Source of the DNA: Candidatus Omnitrophota bacterium
GTDB taxonomy: Bacteria; Omnitrophota; Gorgyraeia; 2-01-FULL-45-10
Direction of reading: 5' to 3'
Length of the DNA: 64,000 bases
Assembly (NCBI GenBank): GCA_020057115.1
Contig: JAGVGJ010000002.1
Coordinates: 857 to 64,856 of the forward strand
The notes under the pieces were generated by a model. The model was not told the origin of the DNA. It was given only the letters and a program-made list of their open reading frames with translations, and did not search any database. Positions 1-9,391 of the stretch are shown in pieces (position 1 is the stretch's first letter; each line of letters opens with the position of its first letter). The position numbers were made by a program, and so were the translations under genes.

Positions 1-24
1 GCTATTTCCGACTACAACAAAGTC

Positions 25-465
25 ATGGAGATCGCCCCCGGAGCTACCGACGCATTGTATGGCCGCGGGCTCGCCTATTATAAAAAGAACGATATAAAAC
101 AAGCCATAGTTGATTTTAATAAAGTAATAGAGATGAGGCCTGAGTTCCCCCTAGCATATAGCGCCCGGGCGATCGCATATTTTGCGAAGAAAAACTATGG
201 CCAAACTCTTGCGGATGTGAATAAAGCTATATCATTGGGATTCAGGCAGCGGCCTTTAAAAGAGGCCCCGGAAGAAAAACTCTCGGCCGCTGCGGCCAGC
301 CCAGAAAAGAGCCAGCTATCCACGCCGATAAAGGGGTCGGAGAAGTCGAAGGCCTGGAAAGCAAAAAAACGATTGGCGCAGATAAAGATCTGCACCCTTA
401 CCGCTTTACTGATCGCCTGTCTGGGCGCGATCTTTATATTGTTACAAAATAAGCGCAACCAATAA
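25..465 (+). CDS. TPR-repeat protein with C-terminal hydrophobic anchor; the N-terminus may lie upstream of the window.
   Basis: TPR-like 34-residue repeats (AxxYYxxGxAYYKKNDIKQAIxDFNKVIE). Ala/Lys-rich linker followed by a C-terminal TM helix. The ORF begins 24 nt into the window. Confidence 0.5.
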   Translation: MEIAPGATDALYGRGLAYYKKNDIKQAIVDFNKVIEMRPEFPLAYSARAIAYFAKKNYGQTLADVNKAISLGFRQRPLKEAPEEKLSAAAASPEKSQLSTPIKGSEKSKAWKAKKRLAQIKICTLTALLIACLGAIFILLQNKRNQ

Positions 466-474
466 GGAGAGAAG

Positions 475-861
475 ATGAAGAGGTTGATCGCCGGATTAGT
501 ACTATTGCTTCTTGCCGCATCGAGCGGCTACGCTGAAACCATCGTCTTCGAAGGCTCGCCGCAGATGGCGAACTACTCTTCGCCCGAAGAGACTTTCAAC
601 ATGACTCTCACCGTGCGCGACCAGACTAATTATAGATGCGTGATCATAAAAGAGGGCGGCAAATACTTCTGGCTTTCCCGCGAGATGAAACCATTGAATC
701 ACGTCAAATCCGGGATGTTCGATTATTTCGTCAACCCAGATGGTGACGGCTATATAAAAATAGCGAAGATGAAGGACGGCACATACGCCTACATGGAAAC
801 GATGAACGTGACCTTCAGGGTAGTGACCTACTGGGGCATCGTAGATAAGTTTGAGCCATAA
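475..861 (+). CDS. Secreted hypothetical protein.
   Basis: N-terminal signal peptide MKRLIAGLVLLLLAASSGYA. AGGAGA RBS 8 nt upstream. No recognisable catalytic motifs. Confidence 0.4.
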   Translation: MKRLIAGLVLLLLAASSGYAETIVFEGSPQMANYSSPEETFNMTLTVRDQTNYRCVIIKEGGKYFWLSREMKPLNHVKSGMFDYFVNPDGDGYIKIAKMKDGTYAYMETMNVTFRVVTYWGIVDKFEP

Positions 862-1693
862 TAATATGCCATTATTTACTGTTAATAAAGACAAGTGCCC
901 GGGGGATGGTAAGTGCGCTGCCGTCTGCCCGGTCAGAATAATAAAGATAGATGAAGCTACCCGCCTGCCTGCTGTAATAGAAGGCAAGGAAGAGCTCTGC
1001 ATCAACTGCGGTCACTGCGTCGCGATCTGCCCTAAAGGCGCCCTGTCACTCACATCAATGCCAGTCGATTCTTGCGAGCCCTTAAAGCCGGGCTGGAGGC
1101 TTGGGCCCGAAGCTGTAGAACAATTCATAAAGGGCAGGCGCTCCATCCGGACATACAAAGACACTCCCGTACCAAGACAGACCCTCGAAAAACTTATAGA
1201 CATAGCCCGTTACGCTCCTTCAGGCATCAACAGGCAGCCTGTCTATTGGGCTATCATAGATGACAAGGATAAGGTCCGCAGACTGGCCGAATTGACGGTC
1301 GAGTGGATGCGCACCCTTATTAAAGAAGGCTCGGAGCTCGCCGCATCGCTCCGTTTCGAAAATATCGTAAAAGCATGGGAAAAGGGAAATGACCGCGTTC
1401 TTCGGGGCGCACCGGCAACCATAATAGCATACGGCCTGAAAGACGACCCGATGGCGCCGCAGGCCTGCACTATAGCGCTCACATACCTGGAGCTCGCCGC
1501 GCTTCCGTTCGGACTAGGGACATGCTGGGCGGGATACGCGCACATGGCGATAAACATGTATCCCGACGCCCAGAAGTTCATCGGCCTTTCGAAGAGGACG
1601 AGTTCGTTTGGCGCTATGATGGTCGGCTATCCAAAGTTTGAATATTGCAGGATACCTATGCGCAATAAACCGCACATTAAAGAGGTGGCGTAG
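851..1693 (+). CDS. Nitroreductase-family protein with an N-terminal 2x[4Fe-4S] ferredoxin domain.
   Basis: Two Cys clusters, CPGDGKCAAVCP and CINCGHCVAICP, are followed by a nitroreductase fold (RRSIRTY, PSGINRQP). Confidence 0.7.
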   Translation: MSHNNMPLFTVNKDKCPGDGKCAAVCPVRIIKIDEATRLPAVIEGKEELCINCGHCVAICPKGALSLTSMPVDSCEPLKPGWRLGPEAVEQFIKGRRSIRTYKDTPVPRQTLEKLIDIARYAPSGINRQPVYWAIIDDKDKVRRLAELTVEWMRTLIKEGSELAASLRFENIVKAWEKGNDRVLRGAPATIIAYGLKDDPMAPQACTIALTYLELAALPFGLGTCWAGYAHMAINMYPDAQKFIGLSKRTSSFGAMMVGYPKFEYCRIPMRNKPHIKEVA

Positions 1694-2716
1694 ATGAGGC
1701 GCTTTTCGATGCTTTTCATAGCCCTGTCGATAGCGGTTGCATTAACCGGCTGCAAGGGCGCTCCAAAAGGCACATTGAGTGAGACTAAAAATAAAGAGGG
1801 CATCCGCGAAGGCCGCATCATTGTCAAGGGTGGCAATGTCTGGTATAAGATAGTAGGAGCGGATAAAAATGGCGTCCCTTTAATAGTCGTTCACGGCGGG
1901 CCCGGAATGTCTCATGATTATTTGGAGCCGCTACAGGCTCTTTCCGACGAGCGGCCCGTGATATTCTATGACCAGCTTGATTGCGGCAATTCAGCAAAAC
2001 CAAAAATGCAATACAACTGGACCTTGAAACGCTCAACAAAAGAACTCCACCAGGTAAGAGACGCCCTCAAGCTGAAAAAAGTACACATACTTGGCCATGG
2101 GTGGGGAACTATGGTAGTCGCTAACTACATGCTTTTCGAGCAAAAACCCGACTGGAAAATACCCGTCGGCGTAGTCAGCATCGTATTGTCAAGCCCGCGC
2201 TTTAGCGCGACATATTTTATAAATGACCAGAAAAACTATTTCAAAAACGAGTTTACGCAAGCCGCGCTTGACGTAATGGCAAAGGCTGAAAGTACCGGGG
2301 ATTTTAGATCCAAGGAATACCTTGAGGTAACTGACCTATATTATAAACGCCATCTCTGCCGGCTAGACCCTTGGCCGGAAAGCCTGAAGAGGGCTTTCGA
2401 AAAAATGAACCGCCCTCTTTATGAATATATGTGGGGGCCCAGTGAATTCACCATGACAGGCATGCTCCGCAATTATGAATATTTCCACCGGCTGGCTGAT
2501 ATAAGGGTCCCGGCCTTGTTTACCTGCGGGCAGTATGATGAAGCCGCTCCTGCAACTACAGCCCAATACCGCTCCCAGTTACCGGGAGCAGAGATCGCGT
2601 TTTTTAAGGATGCGTCATCCAACCACCATCTCGAGAAACCAATTGAATACATAAAGAAAGTGCGGGATTTCCTCAGAAGAGCTGAAGCTGAGGCCGCCGG
2701 AAAGAGATGGTTTTAA
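1694..2716 (+). CDS. Alpha/beta-hydrolase lipoprotein, proline-iminopeptidase-like, with the nucleophile serine replaced by glycine.
   Basis: Lipobox LTGC. HGGPG oxyanion motif typical of the prolyl aminopeptidase family. The nucleophile elbow reads GHGWG instead of GxSxG. Confidence 0.55.
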   Translation: MRRFSMLFIALSIAVALTGCKGAPKGTLSETKNKEGIREGRIIVKGGNVWYKIVGADKNGVPLIVVHGGPGMSHDYLEPLQALSDERPVIFYDQLDCGNSAKPKMQYNWTLKRSTKELHQVRDALKLKKVHILGHGWGTMVVANYMLFEQKPDWKIPVGVVSIVLSSPRFSATYFINDQKNYFKNEFTQAALDVMAKAESTGDFRSKEYLEVTDLYYKRHLCRLDPWPESLKRAFEKMNRPLYEYMWGPSEFTMTGMLRNYEYFHRLADIRVPALFTCGQYDEAAPATTAQYRSQLPGAEIAFFKDASSNHHLEKPIEYIKKVRDFLRRAEAEAAGKRWF

Positions 2717-2717
2717 A

Positions 2718-3485
2718 GTGCGCTCTATAGAAAAAGAACATTCGATATTGATCGATACGCCGAATGGGGATGAGGCGCTAATAGGCTTTACAAAACCGAC
2801 CATAAGCGGCGATCCGTCCGAAGACGCGCCGAAAGCTCTCTCTTTAACGGCAGGCGCTTTCGGCACAAGCTTCATGAAGCAGGTCCACGGCGCTGATATA
2901 AAGCTAGTGGACCGCCCCGGACAATATACATGCGATGGCATATTTACGGCAGCGGAAAAACTTGCGCTCTTCGTAAAAACGGCTGACTGCCTCCCTCTAT
3001 TATTTTACAGTAAGGAGAAGGGCGTCACGGGCGCAGTTCACATGGGCTGGCGCTCCGCGAAGGACGGGATACTCGAGAATATCCCGTTCGGCCTGTCGTC
3101 ATTCGAGGTGATCGCAGGCGTCGGGATGCGAGACTGCTGCTATCAGGTCGGCAGTGAATTCCTCGATCACGGACGGTTCAACGGCTTCGTAGGCATGCGG
3201 GAAGGCGTGTATTATTTCGACCCTGTCGGATTCGCCCGAACGGAATTAATCAAAAAAGGGTTATCTGAAAAAATGTTTTTCGATTATAATATATGCAGCC
3301 ATTGTTCGGCAGATGGCTACTTTTCGCACAGGAAGAATGCGACCAATAACAGGACATTATCATTTGTCATGAAACTAGGGGGCATGGGTCCAGGGTCCGG
3401 AAAAAAGGAGAATGAAGATGAAAAAGATCCTCGGAGCAGCAGCTGTAGTTTTCTCGGTCTTATTTATTTTTGGCCTTGCGGATAA
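2718..3485 (+). CDS. pgeF: PgeF/YfiH family protein (purine nucleoside phosphorylase / peptidoglycan editing factor, DUF152).
   Basis: HMGWRS and CSHCSADGYFSHRKN motifs typical of the YfiH/PgeF fold. The 3' end overlaps the next gene by about 70 nt through a GGGTCCAGGGTCC heptad repeat, so the true stop may be earlier. Confidence 0.6.
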   Translation: MRSIEKEHSILIDTPNGDEALIGFTKPTISGDPSEDAPKALSLTAGAFGTSFMKQVHGADIKLVDRPGQYTCDGIFTAAEKLALFVKTADCLPLLFYSKEKGVTGAVHMGWRSAKDGILENIPFGLSSFEVIAGVGMRDCCYQVGSEFLDHGRFNGFVGMREGVYYFDPVGFARTELIKKGLSEKMFFDYNICSHCSADGYFSHRKNATNNRTLSFVMKLGGMGPGSGKKENEDEKDPRSSSCSFLGLIYFWPCG

Positions 3486-4440
3486 TTGTCATGCTGCGGC
3501 TAAGCCCAAGAAGATAAAGATAGGCGTGTCGCTCCCCACCCAGAGGGATGAGCGGTGGGTGAGGGACGCCCAGAAGATGAAAGAAGTGGCTGCAAAGGAT
3601 CCCACGATCGATCTCAAGATGCAGATCTGCGATAACGACGCTTCAAAGCAAATGTCGCAATGCGAGAACCTCATCGCCCAGGGCATAGACATATTGATCC
3701 TGGCCCCGCACGACGCTACAAGCGCAGCTGCCATAGTTGACGAAGCCAAGGCAGCCGGCCTTAAGGTCATCACATATGACAGGCTAGTCCTCGATTCTGA
3801 CGTAGATCTTTACATATCTTTCGATAACAAGGAAGTCGGACGCCTTATGGGCAAGTACCTGACAAATGTTGCCCCAAAAGGCAATTATATAGTCCTGGCA
3901 GGCTCGCCGACAGATAACAACGCTAAGCTGTACAGGGAAGGCGCGCTGGAATTCATAAAACCTTTAGCCGATAAGGGCGACATCAAGATCGTGACGGACC
4001 AGTGGATAACCGACTGGCAGCCGACGATCGCCATGAACCTGGTGCAGAACGCCCTTACAGCGAACAATAACAAGATAGACGCGATCCTTGCGCCCAATGA
4101 CAACACGGCCGGCGGCGTGATCCAGGCGCTCGAGCAGGTAGGCCTGGCAGGCAAGGTCCCCATAACCGGACAGGATGCCGAGGTTACCGCTGCCCAGAGG
4201 ATAGTAAAAGGCACGCAGACCATGACTGTATATAAGGATACCAGGGAACTGGCGTCGGAAGCCATCCAGGCAGCCATCAAGATGGTAAAGGGAGAGCCTG
4301 TGGCATCCAACGCGACCCTCAATAACCGCAAGAAGGATGTTCCGTCGATCCTCCTTAAGGCGCAAGTGGTCGATAAATCAAATATCGATAAGGTGCTGAT
4401 AGATTCGGGATACTTGAAGAAAGAGGATGTTTATAAATGA
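3412..4440 (+). CDS. Sugar ABC transporter periplasmic substrate-binding protein (CUT2 family, XylF/RbsB-like).
   Basis: Signal peptide followed by a periplasmic-binding-protein type I fold (KIKIGVSLPTQRDERW). Sits in an operon with a two-domain ATPase and a permease. Confidence 0.7.
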   Translation: MKMKKILGAAAVVFSVLFIFGLADNCHAAAKPKKIKIGVSLPTQRDERWVRDAQKMKEVAAKDPTIDLKMQICDNDASKQMSQCENLIAQGIDILILAPHDATSAAAIVDEAKAAGLKVITYDRLVLDSDVDLYISFDNKEVGRLMGKYLTNVAPKGNYIVLAGSPTDNNAKLYREGALEFIKPLADKGDIKIVTDQWITDWQPTIAMNLVQNALTANNNKIDAILAPNDNTAGGVIQALEQVGLAGKVPITGQDAEVTAAQRIVKGTQTMTVYKDTRELASEAIQAAIKMVKGEPVASNATLNNRKKDVPSILLKAQVVDKSNIDKVLIDSGYLKKEDVYK

Positions 4441-5957
4441 TGAATGACTTTATTCTCGAGATGAAGGGGATACACAAGGAATTCCCCGGCGTCAAGGCGC
4501 TGGACGATGTCACGTTCAGCGTCAGGAAGGGCGAGATACACGCGCTCGTCGGCGAGAATGGCGCGGGAAAGTCCACGCTCATGAAGATATTGAGCGGCGT
4601 CTATACTGCCGGAACATACGACGGGACAATAACCATATACGGTAAACCGCGCGAGTTCAAGACCATACGCGACGCCGAGAATGCAGGCGTCGCCATCATC
4701 TATCAGGAGCTCGCACTGATAAAAGAGATAAGCATCACCGAGAATATAAATCTTGGAAATGAGATAGAAAAATTCGGCGTAATCAACTGGGACGAAGAGT
4801 TCTTGAAAGCCGATAAAGCTATCAAGCAGGTAGGCTTGAACGTCAGTCCCGCTTATCCCGTATCGGTCCTCGGCGTCGGAGAGCAGCAGCTTGTCGCGAT
4901 AGGAAAGGCCCTGTCGAAGAAAGCAAGGATACTAGTCCTGGATGAACCGACGGCGGCGCTTTCAGAGGGCGAGTCCGAAAAGCTCCTGCGCATCCTCAAG
5001 CAGCTGCGCGACGACGGAGTGACATGCATCTACATATCGCACCGCTTAAAAGAGGTATTTGAAATAGCCGATACGATCACTATCCTCAGGGACGGGAAGA
5101 CAGTCGCCACAAAGAAAAAGACGGAGCTTGACGAGAATAAACTGATAGCCCTGATGGTCGGCCGCGAACTTACCAACGTCTATCCGCGAAAACCCCACAC
5201 GCCCGGCAAGGTCATCATGGAAGTGAAAGATTGGACAGTCTATGACCCTTCCATCAACAAGGTCATAGACCATGTTAACTTCACGCTGCGAGAGGGCGAG
5301 ATACTGGGGATGGCCGGCCTCGTAGGCGCAGGCAGGACGGAGCTGGTCATGAGCCTGTTCCATGTCTGGGGCAGGCAGGTTGCAGGAAAGATATATCTCG
5401 AAGGGAAAGAGCTGACATTAAAGAACGCGGGTGACGCCGTACAGGCGGGGATAAGCCTCGCATCGGAAGACAGAAAGCGATACGGGCTGATATTAAGCGA
5501 GGATGTCTGCAAAAATATATCGCTCGCAAGTCTCAAGAAGATAGCGAAGAACAGCATCGTTAATGAGAACGAGGAGATAAGGAGTGCTGAGAAGTACCGG
5601 ACAGAACTCAAGATCAAGACGCCGACCATAGAATCAAAGGCGGAGACCCTTTCCGGAGGCAACCAGCAGAAAATAGTCATCGGCAAATGGTTAATGACGA
5701 TGCCCAAGGTCCTCATACTGGATGAGCCGACAAGGGGAATAGATGTCGGCGCCAAGGTCGAGATATATAATATACTTAACGAGCTTGTCGACCACGGAGT
5801 CGGCGTCATCATAATCTCATCGGAACTGCCGGAGATGATTGGCATGGCCGACAGGATACTGGTCATGCATGAGGGAAGATTCACGGGCGAGCTCATGGTC
5901 AAAGAAGCCACACAGGAGAAGATAATGTATTACGCTACGGGAGGTAAGGATAAATGA
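4437..5957 (+). CDS. Sugar ABC transporter ATP-binding protein with duplicated ATPase domains (XylG/RbsA-like).
   Basis: Two Walker A / signature / Walker B sets (GENGAGKST ... LSGGNQQK ... ILDEPT). 4-nt overlap with the upstream gene. Confidence 0.8.
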   Translation: MMNDFILEMKGIHKEFPGVKALDDVTFSVRKGEIHALVGENGAGKSTLMKILSGVYTAGTYDGTITIYGKPREFKTIRDAENAGVAIIYQELALIKEISITENINLGNEIEKFGVINWDEEFLKADKAIKQVGLNVSPAYPVSVLGVGEQQLVAIGKALSKKARILVLDEPTAALSEGESEKLLRILKQLRDDGVTCIYISHRLKEVFEIADTITILRDGKTVATKKKTELDENKLIALMVGRELTNVYPRKPHTPGKVIMEVKDWTVYDPSINKVIDHVNFTLREGEILGMAGLVGAGRTELVMSLFHVWGRQVAGKIYLEGKELTLKNAGDAVQAGISLASEDRKRYGLILSEDVCKNISLASLKKIAKNSIVNENEEIRSAEKYRTELKIKTPTIESKAETLSGGNQQKIVIGKWLMTMPKVLILDEPTRGIDVGAKVEIYNILNELVDHGVGVIIISSELPEMIGMADRILVMHEGRFTGELMVKEATQEKIMYYATGGKDK

Positions 5958-7087
5958 AAGTTAAACATAGCAATTTAGCGACGCTCAGGAAATTCACAAT
6001 GCTTATAGCCCTCGTCGCCATATGGCTGATATTCACGGTCATGACGCAGGGGATATTCATCACGCCGAGAAATTTGTCAAACCTATTCATCCAGACTGCG
6101 ACGGTCGCCATACTCACCATAGGCATGACGCTCGTCATCGTGACGAGGAACATAGACCTCTCCGTAGGATCTGTCGCGGCATTTGCCGGCGCCGTAGCAG
6201 CCTTCCTGCAGGTCAAGATGGGATTGCCTACGAGCGTAGCTATTACGACGACTCTCGGCGTGGGCCTCCTGATCGGCGCCTGGCACGGCTTCTGGATAGC
6301 ATATCAACTTGTTCCCGCGTTCATAGTAACTCTTGCCAGCATGATGATATTCCGCGGCGCGGTCCTCGGCGTTACTAATGGCGCCACGATCGCTCCCCTT
6401 GCAAATGCCTTCAAGGCGATAGGCCAGCATTATCTGCCGCCCCATATCGCTATAGTTATCGGCATACTGGCCATAGCATGCTATATATTTTTCGATATAC
6501 GCAAACGGCTGAAACGGAAGAAATACGGCTTCGCCGTTCCTAAGCTCCCCATAGCGCTCCTCAAGATCACGGCCATATGCCTGGCGATAGCCGCTTTCTT
6601 TACGATACTTGTAGTCAACAGGGGAATACCGTACGCAGTGCTTCTGGTCATGGGGCTAGCGCTCGTTTTTAACTTCATCGCCCAGCACACAGTATTCGGC
6701 AGGCAGCTATATGCCATAGGCGGCAACCCGGACGCCGCGACGCTCTCAGGCGTGGACATCAAGAAGCGGGTGATGTGGCTATACATCATATTCGGCGCGC
6801 TGACAGCATTGGGCGGCCTTGTCCTGACGGCGCGTCTTAACGCCGCCACTACCTCGGCCGGCCAGGGCCTTGAACTAGACGTCATCGCGGCAGCGGTCAT
6901 AGGCGGCACGAGTCTCATGGGCGGCGAGGGGACGATACTCGGCTCCGTCATAGGCGCGCTCATCATGGCAAGCCTTGATAATGGAATGAGCCTCATGAAC
7001 ACTAACGTCACATACCAATTCATGATCAAAGGCCTCATACTTCTGTTGGCTGTCTGGATCGACATTGCGACCAGGAAGAATTCATAG
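5954..7087 (+). CDS. Sugar ABC transporter permease (XylH/RbsC-like).
   Basis: Polytopic membrane protein of the BPD-transporter family. Translationally coupled to the ATPase. Confidence 0.75.
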   Translation: MKVKHSNLATLRKFTMLIALVAIWLIFTVMTQGIFITPRNLSNLFIQTATVAILTIGMTLVIVTRNIDLSVGSVAAFAGAVAAFLQVKMGLPTSVAITTTLGVGLLIGAWHGFWIAYQLVPAFIVTLASMMIFRGAVLGVTNGATIAPLANAFKAIGQHYLPPHIAIVIGILAIACYIFFDIRKRLKRKKYGFAVPKLPIALLKITAICLAIAAFFTILVVNRGIPYAVLLVMGLALVFNFIAQHTVFGRQLYAIGGNPDAATLSGVDIKKRVMWLYIIFGALTALGGLVLTARLNAATTSAGQGLELDVIAAAVIGGTSLMGGEGTILGSVIGALIMASLDNGMSLMNTNVTYQFMIKGLILLLAVWIDIATRKNS

Positions 7088-7113
7088 CTCACTTTGCACA
7101 AAAATTCGCGATC

Positions 7114-7629
7114 ATGCCAAAGAACCTGATAATAGCCATATTGACGGCGGCCATCCTGGCCGCCGCGCCCGCAGCATCTTTTCCCGACGACAAAGATACC
7201 ATCTGCGAAGAAAGCCTCCAGCATTATAAGGATGGGATGGATTTTTTTGAGCTTGGCCTCTTTGAAAAGGCAGGGGCAGAATTCACCAGAGCCATAGAGA
7301 TCAGCCCTTATTTTGCCGAAGCCTATGTGGCGCTAGGGAATGTGTATTCTATATTTCGCCGATATGACAAGGCGATCGGATGTTACAGAAAGGCGATAGT
7401 GCTCAATCCCAATATCAGCGAAGCTCATATGGGCATCGGAATGGCGGCCGTATATGAAGGGGATTATCAGCTCGCGGCTAGCGCCTACCAGCATGCCATC
7501 CAGATAAATTATAACAATGCCAAGGCATACCTCTTCCTGGGAAAAGTCAATAAGCTGATGGGTGATGACAAGAGCGCGGAAGAGAATCTCGGTAAGGCCA
7601 AGGAATTATACGATAAAGATAAGAAGTAA
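7114..7629 (+). CDS. Secreted TPR-repeat protein.
   Basis: Signal peptide followed by three or four TPR units (AEAYVALGNVYS ..., AKAYLFLGKV). Confidence 0.5.
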   Translation: MPKNLIIAILTAAILAAAPAASFPDDKDTICEESLQHYKDGMDFFELGLFEKAGAEFTRAIEISPYFAEAYVALGNVYSIFRRYDKAIGCYRKAIVLNPNISEAHMGIGMAAVYEGDYQLAASAYQHAIQINYNNAKAYLFLGKVNKLMGDDKSAEENLGKAKELYDKDKK

Positions 7630-7641
7630 CCCTCGCGGCTT

Positions 7642-9309
7642 CTAGGCAGCCCTTGCCTGGCCCAACATCTCCTCGGCATGGGTGATAGAAATAGAGCTCT
7701 CCTTTTCACCGGACATCATCTTTGCAAGCTCCTTCACGCGCGCTCCTTCATCAAGAAGCCCTACTGCGGTCGTGGTGCGGTTATTCTCCACCTTCTTAGT
7801 TACTTTAAAATGCGACTCGGCGAATGACGCGATCTGGGGGAGATGGGTTATGAGGATGACCTGCCTGTCTCTCGAAAGCTCGCGCAGCTTCTTGCCGGTT
7901 ATGGTCCCGAGGCGCCCGCCTATCTGAGAGTCTATCTCGTCGAATATGAGTACAGGCATTGGGTCGACTTTTGTAAGGGCCTTCTTAAGCGCCAGCATGA
8001 CGCGCGCCGCTTCGCCCGACGACACTATTTCCGCAAGCGGTTTTAAGTCCTCGCCGGCGTTAGGGCTGATATAGAATATTACCCTGTCCTGCCCCGCGGG
8101 ACCGAGCTCAGCCTTTTCAATGCGGCATTCGAACCTCACGTTCTTTATGCCGAGCTCTTTCAATTCTTTTTCGATAGTCTTCTCGAGGTCCTGAGCCGTC
8201 TTCTTCCTGGCGCCCGTCAGCTTCTTGGCGATATTTATAAGGTCCGATTCGATCTCTTTGATCCTCCCGCGGAGCTCGGCATCATTATGCTCAAGGTCGG
8301 CAAGAAGACCATAGCGTTTTTTTGCCGCATCATAGAGATTCTTTGCATCCTCGATGGCGGGGCCGTATTTGCGCTTTATCTCTTCGTAGATATCGTATCT
8401 TGCCCTTATGTCACGCGCCTCGTCCGGCTCGAAGGACAAAGACTCCAGATAGCTGCGCAGTTCATTTATCAGCCTGTCGTTAGATTCCTGCAGTTGGGCA
8501 AGCGTTTCGGCGAAGGCGCGCGAACCCTCATCCAGACTATTCAATGTCTTCATGGGGCCGAATGCCTTGGATATCGCTTCGCCGATCCCGGTCTCGGCAT
8601 TCTCAAATATCTCGATCATCCGGGAAGCGTTCTCGTAAAGCTGTTCGGAGTTTTTAAGACGCTTCTCTTTTTCTAGAAGCTCTTCATAGCGGCCTTGGTC
8701 CAGCTTCACGCGCTCGAGCTCCTTTATCTGGTGGGCGAGAAGGTCCAGCTCGCGCTCCTTCGTAGCAGCGCTCGCTTTTATCTCCTCGAGGGCTTTACGA
8801 GCTTCGGCATATTCGCCGTATACCTTTGAGTAGGCGCCCTTAAGGGCGCCGAGATCGCAGAGCCTGTCGAGTATCTTTATGTGTGAGTCCTCGAGGAGGA
8901 GCATCTGATGGTCATTCGGACCGTGAAAATCGACCAGGTGGTTTCCGACCTCCTTAAGCTGGGAGACGGTAACGGACATGCCGTTTATCTTTATCCTTGT
9001 CTTGCCATCCGGAAGATGGGAGCGGCTTATGATGAGCGGCTCATCCTTGCCGGCAAGAAATTCCGATATGGCGGGATTCTCGCGGAGCTCTCTTTTCGAA
9101 AGCTCAAATACAGCCTCGACGACGCACGGCTTGGCCGCATCCCGCATCTGGTTTTGGTCGAGCCGCTCGCCGAGGGCATAGCGCAACGCGTCTATGACTA
9201 TGGACTTGCCGGCGCCGGTCTCCCCGGTAAGGATGTTAAGCGCAGGGGATAACTCAAGAGAGATCTTGTCGATGAGCCCGAAATTCTGTATGGTAAGCTG
9301 GCATATCAT
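7642..9309 (-). CDS. recN: DNA repair protein RecN.
   Basis: N-terminal Walker A (LTGETGAGKS), long coiled-coil middle region, and C-terminal SMC signature and Walker B. Confidence 0.85.
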   Translation of the reverse strand: MICQLTIQNFGLIDKISLELSPALNILTGETGAGKSIVIDALRYALGERLDQNQMRDAAKPCVVEAVFELSKRELRENPAISEFLAGKDEPLIISRSHLPDGKTRIKINGMSVTVSQLKEVGNHLVDFHGPNDHQMLLLEDSHIKILDRLCDLGALKGAYSKVYGEYAEARKALEEIKASAATKERELDLLAHQIKELERVKLDQGRYEELLEKEKRLKNSEQLYENASRMIEIFENAETGIGEAISKAFGPMKTLNSLDEGSRAFAETLAQLQESNDRLINELRSYLESLSFEPDEARDIRARYDIYEEIKRKYGPAIEDAKNLYDAAKKRYGLLADLEHNDAELRGRIKEIESDLINIAKKLTGARKKTAQDLEKTIEKELKELGIKNVRFECRIEKAELGPAGQDRVIFYISPNAGEDLKPLAEIVSSGEAARVMLALKKALTKVDPMPVLIFDEIDSQIGGRLGTITGKKLRELSRDRQVILITHLPQIASFAESHFKVTKKVENNRTTTAVGLLDEGARVKELAKMMSGEKESSISITHAEEMLGQARAA

Positions 9310-9391
9310 TTGACCTCATAGTATCAAAAAAAATTATCTTTGTGAAGAATAATATATTTATGATATACTTATCAACCGTGGGGGATAAAAG

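Noticed and set aside
3386-3485. A frameshift that fuses pgeF to the upstream region of the sugar-binding protein gene.
   Set aside because: The 70-nt overlap arises because the PgeF ORF reads through the GC-rich heptad repeat. The downstream gene has a clear RBS and signal peptide. This is an overlap, not a fusion.
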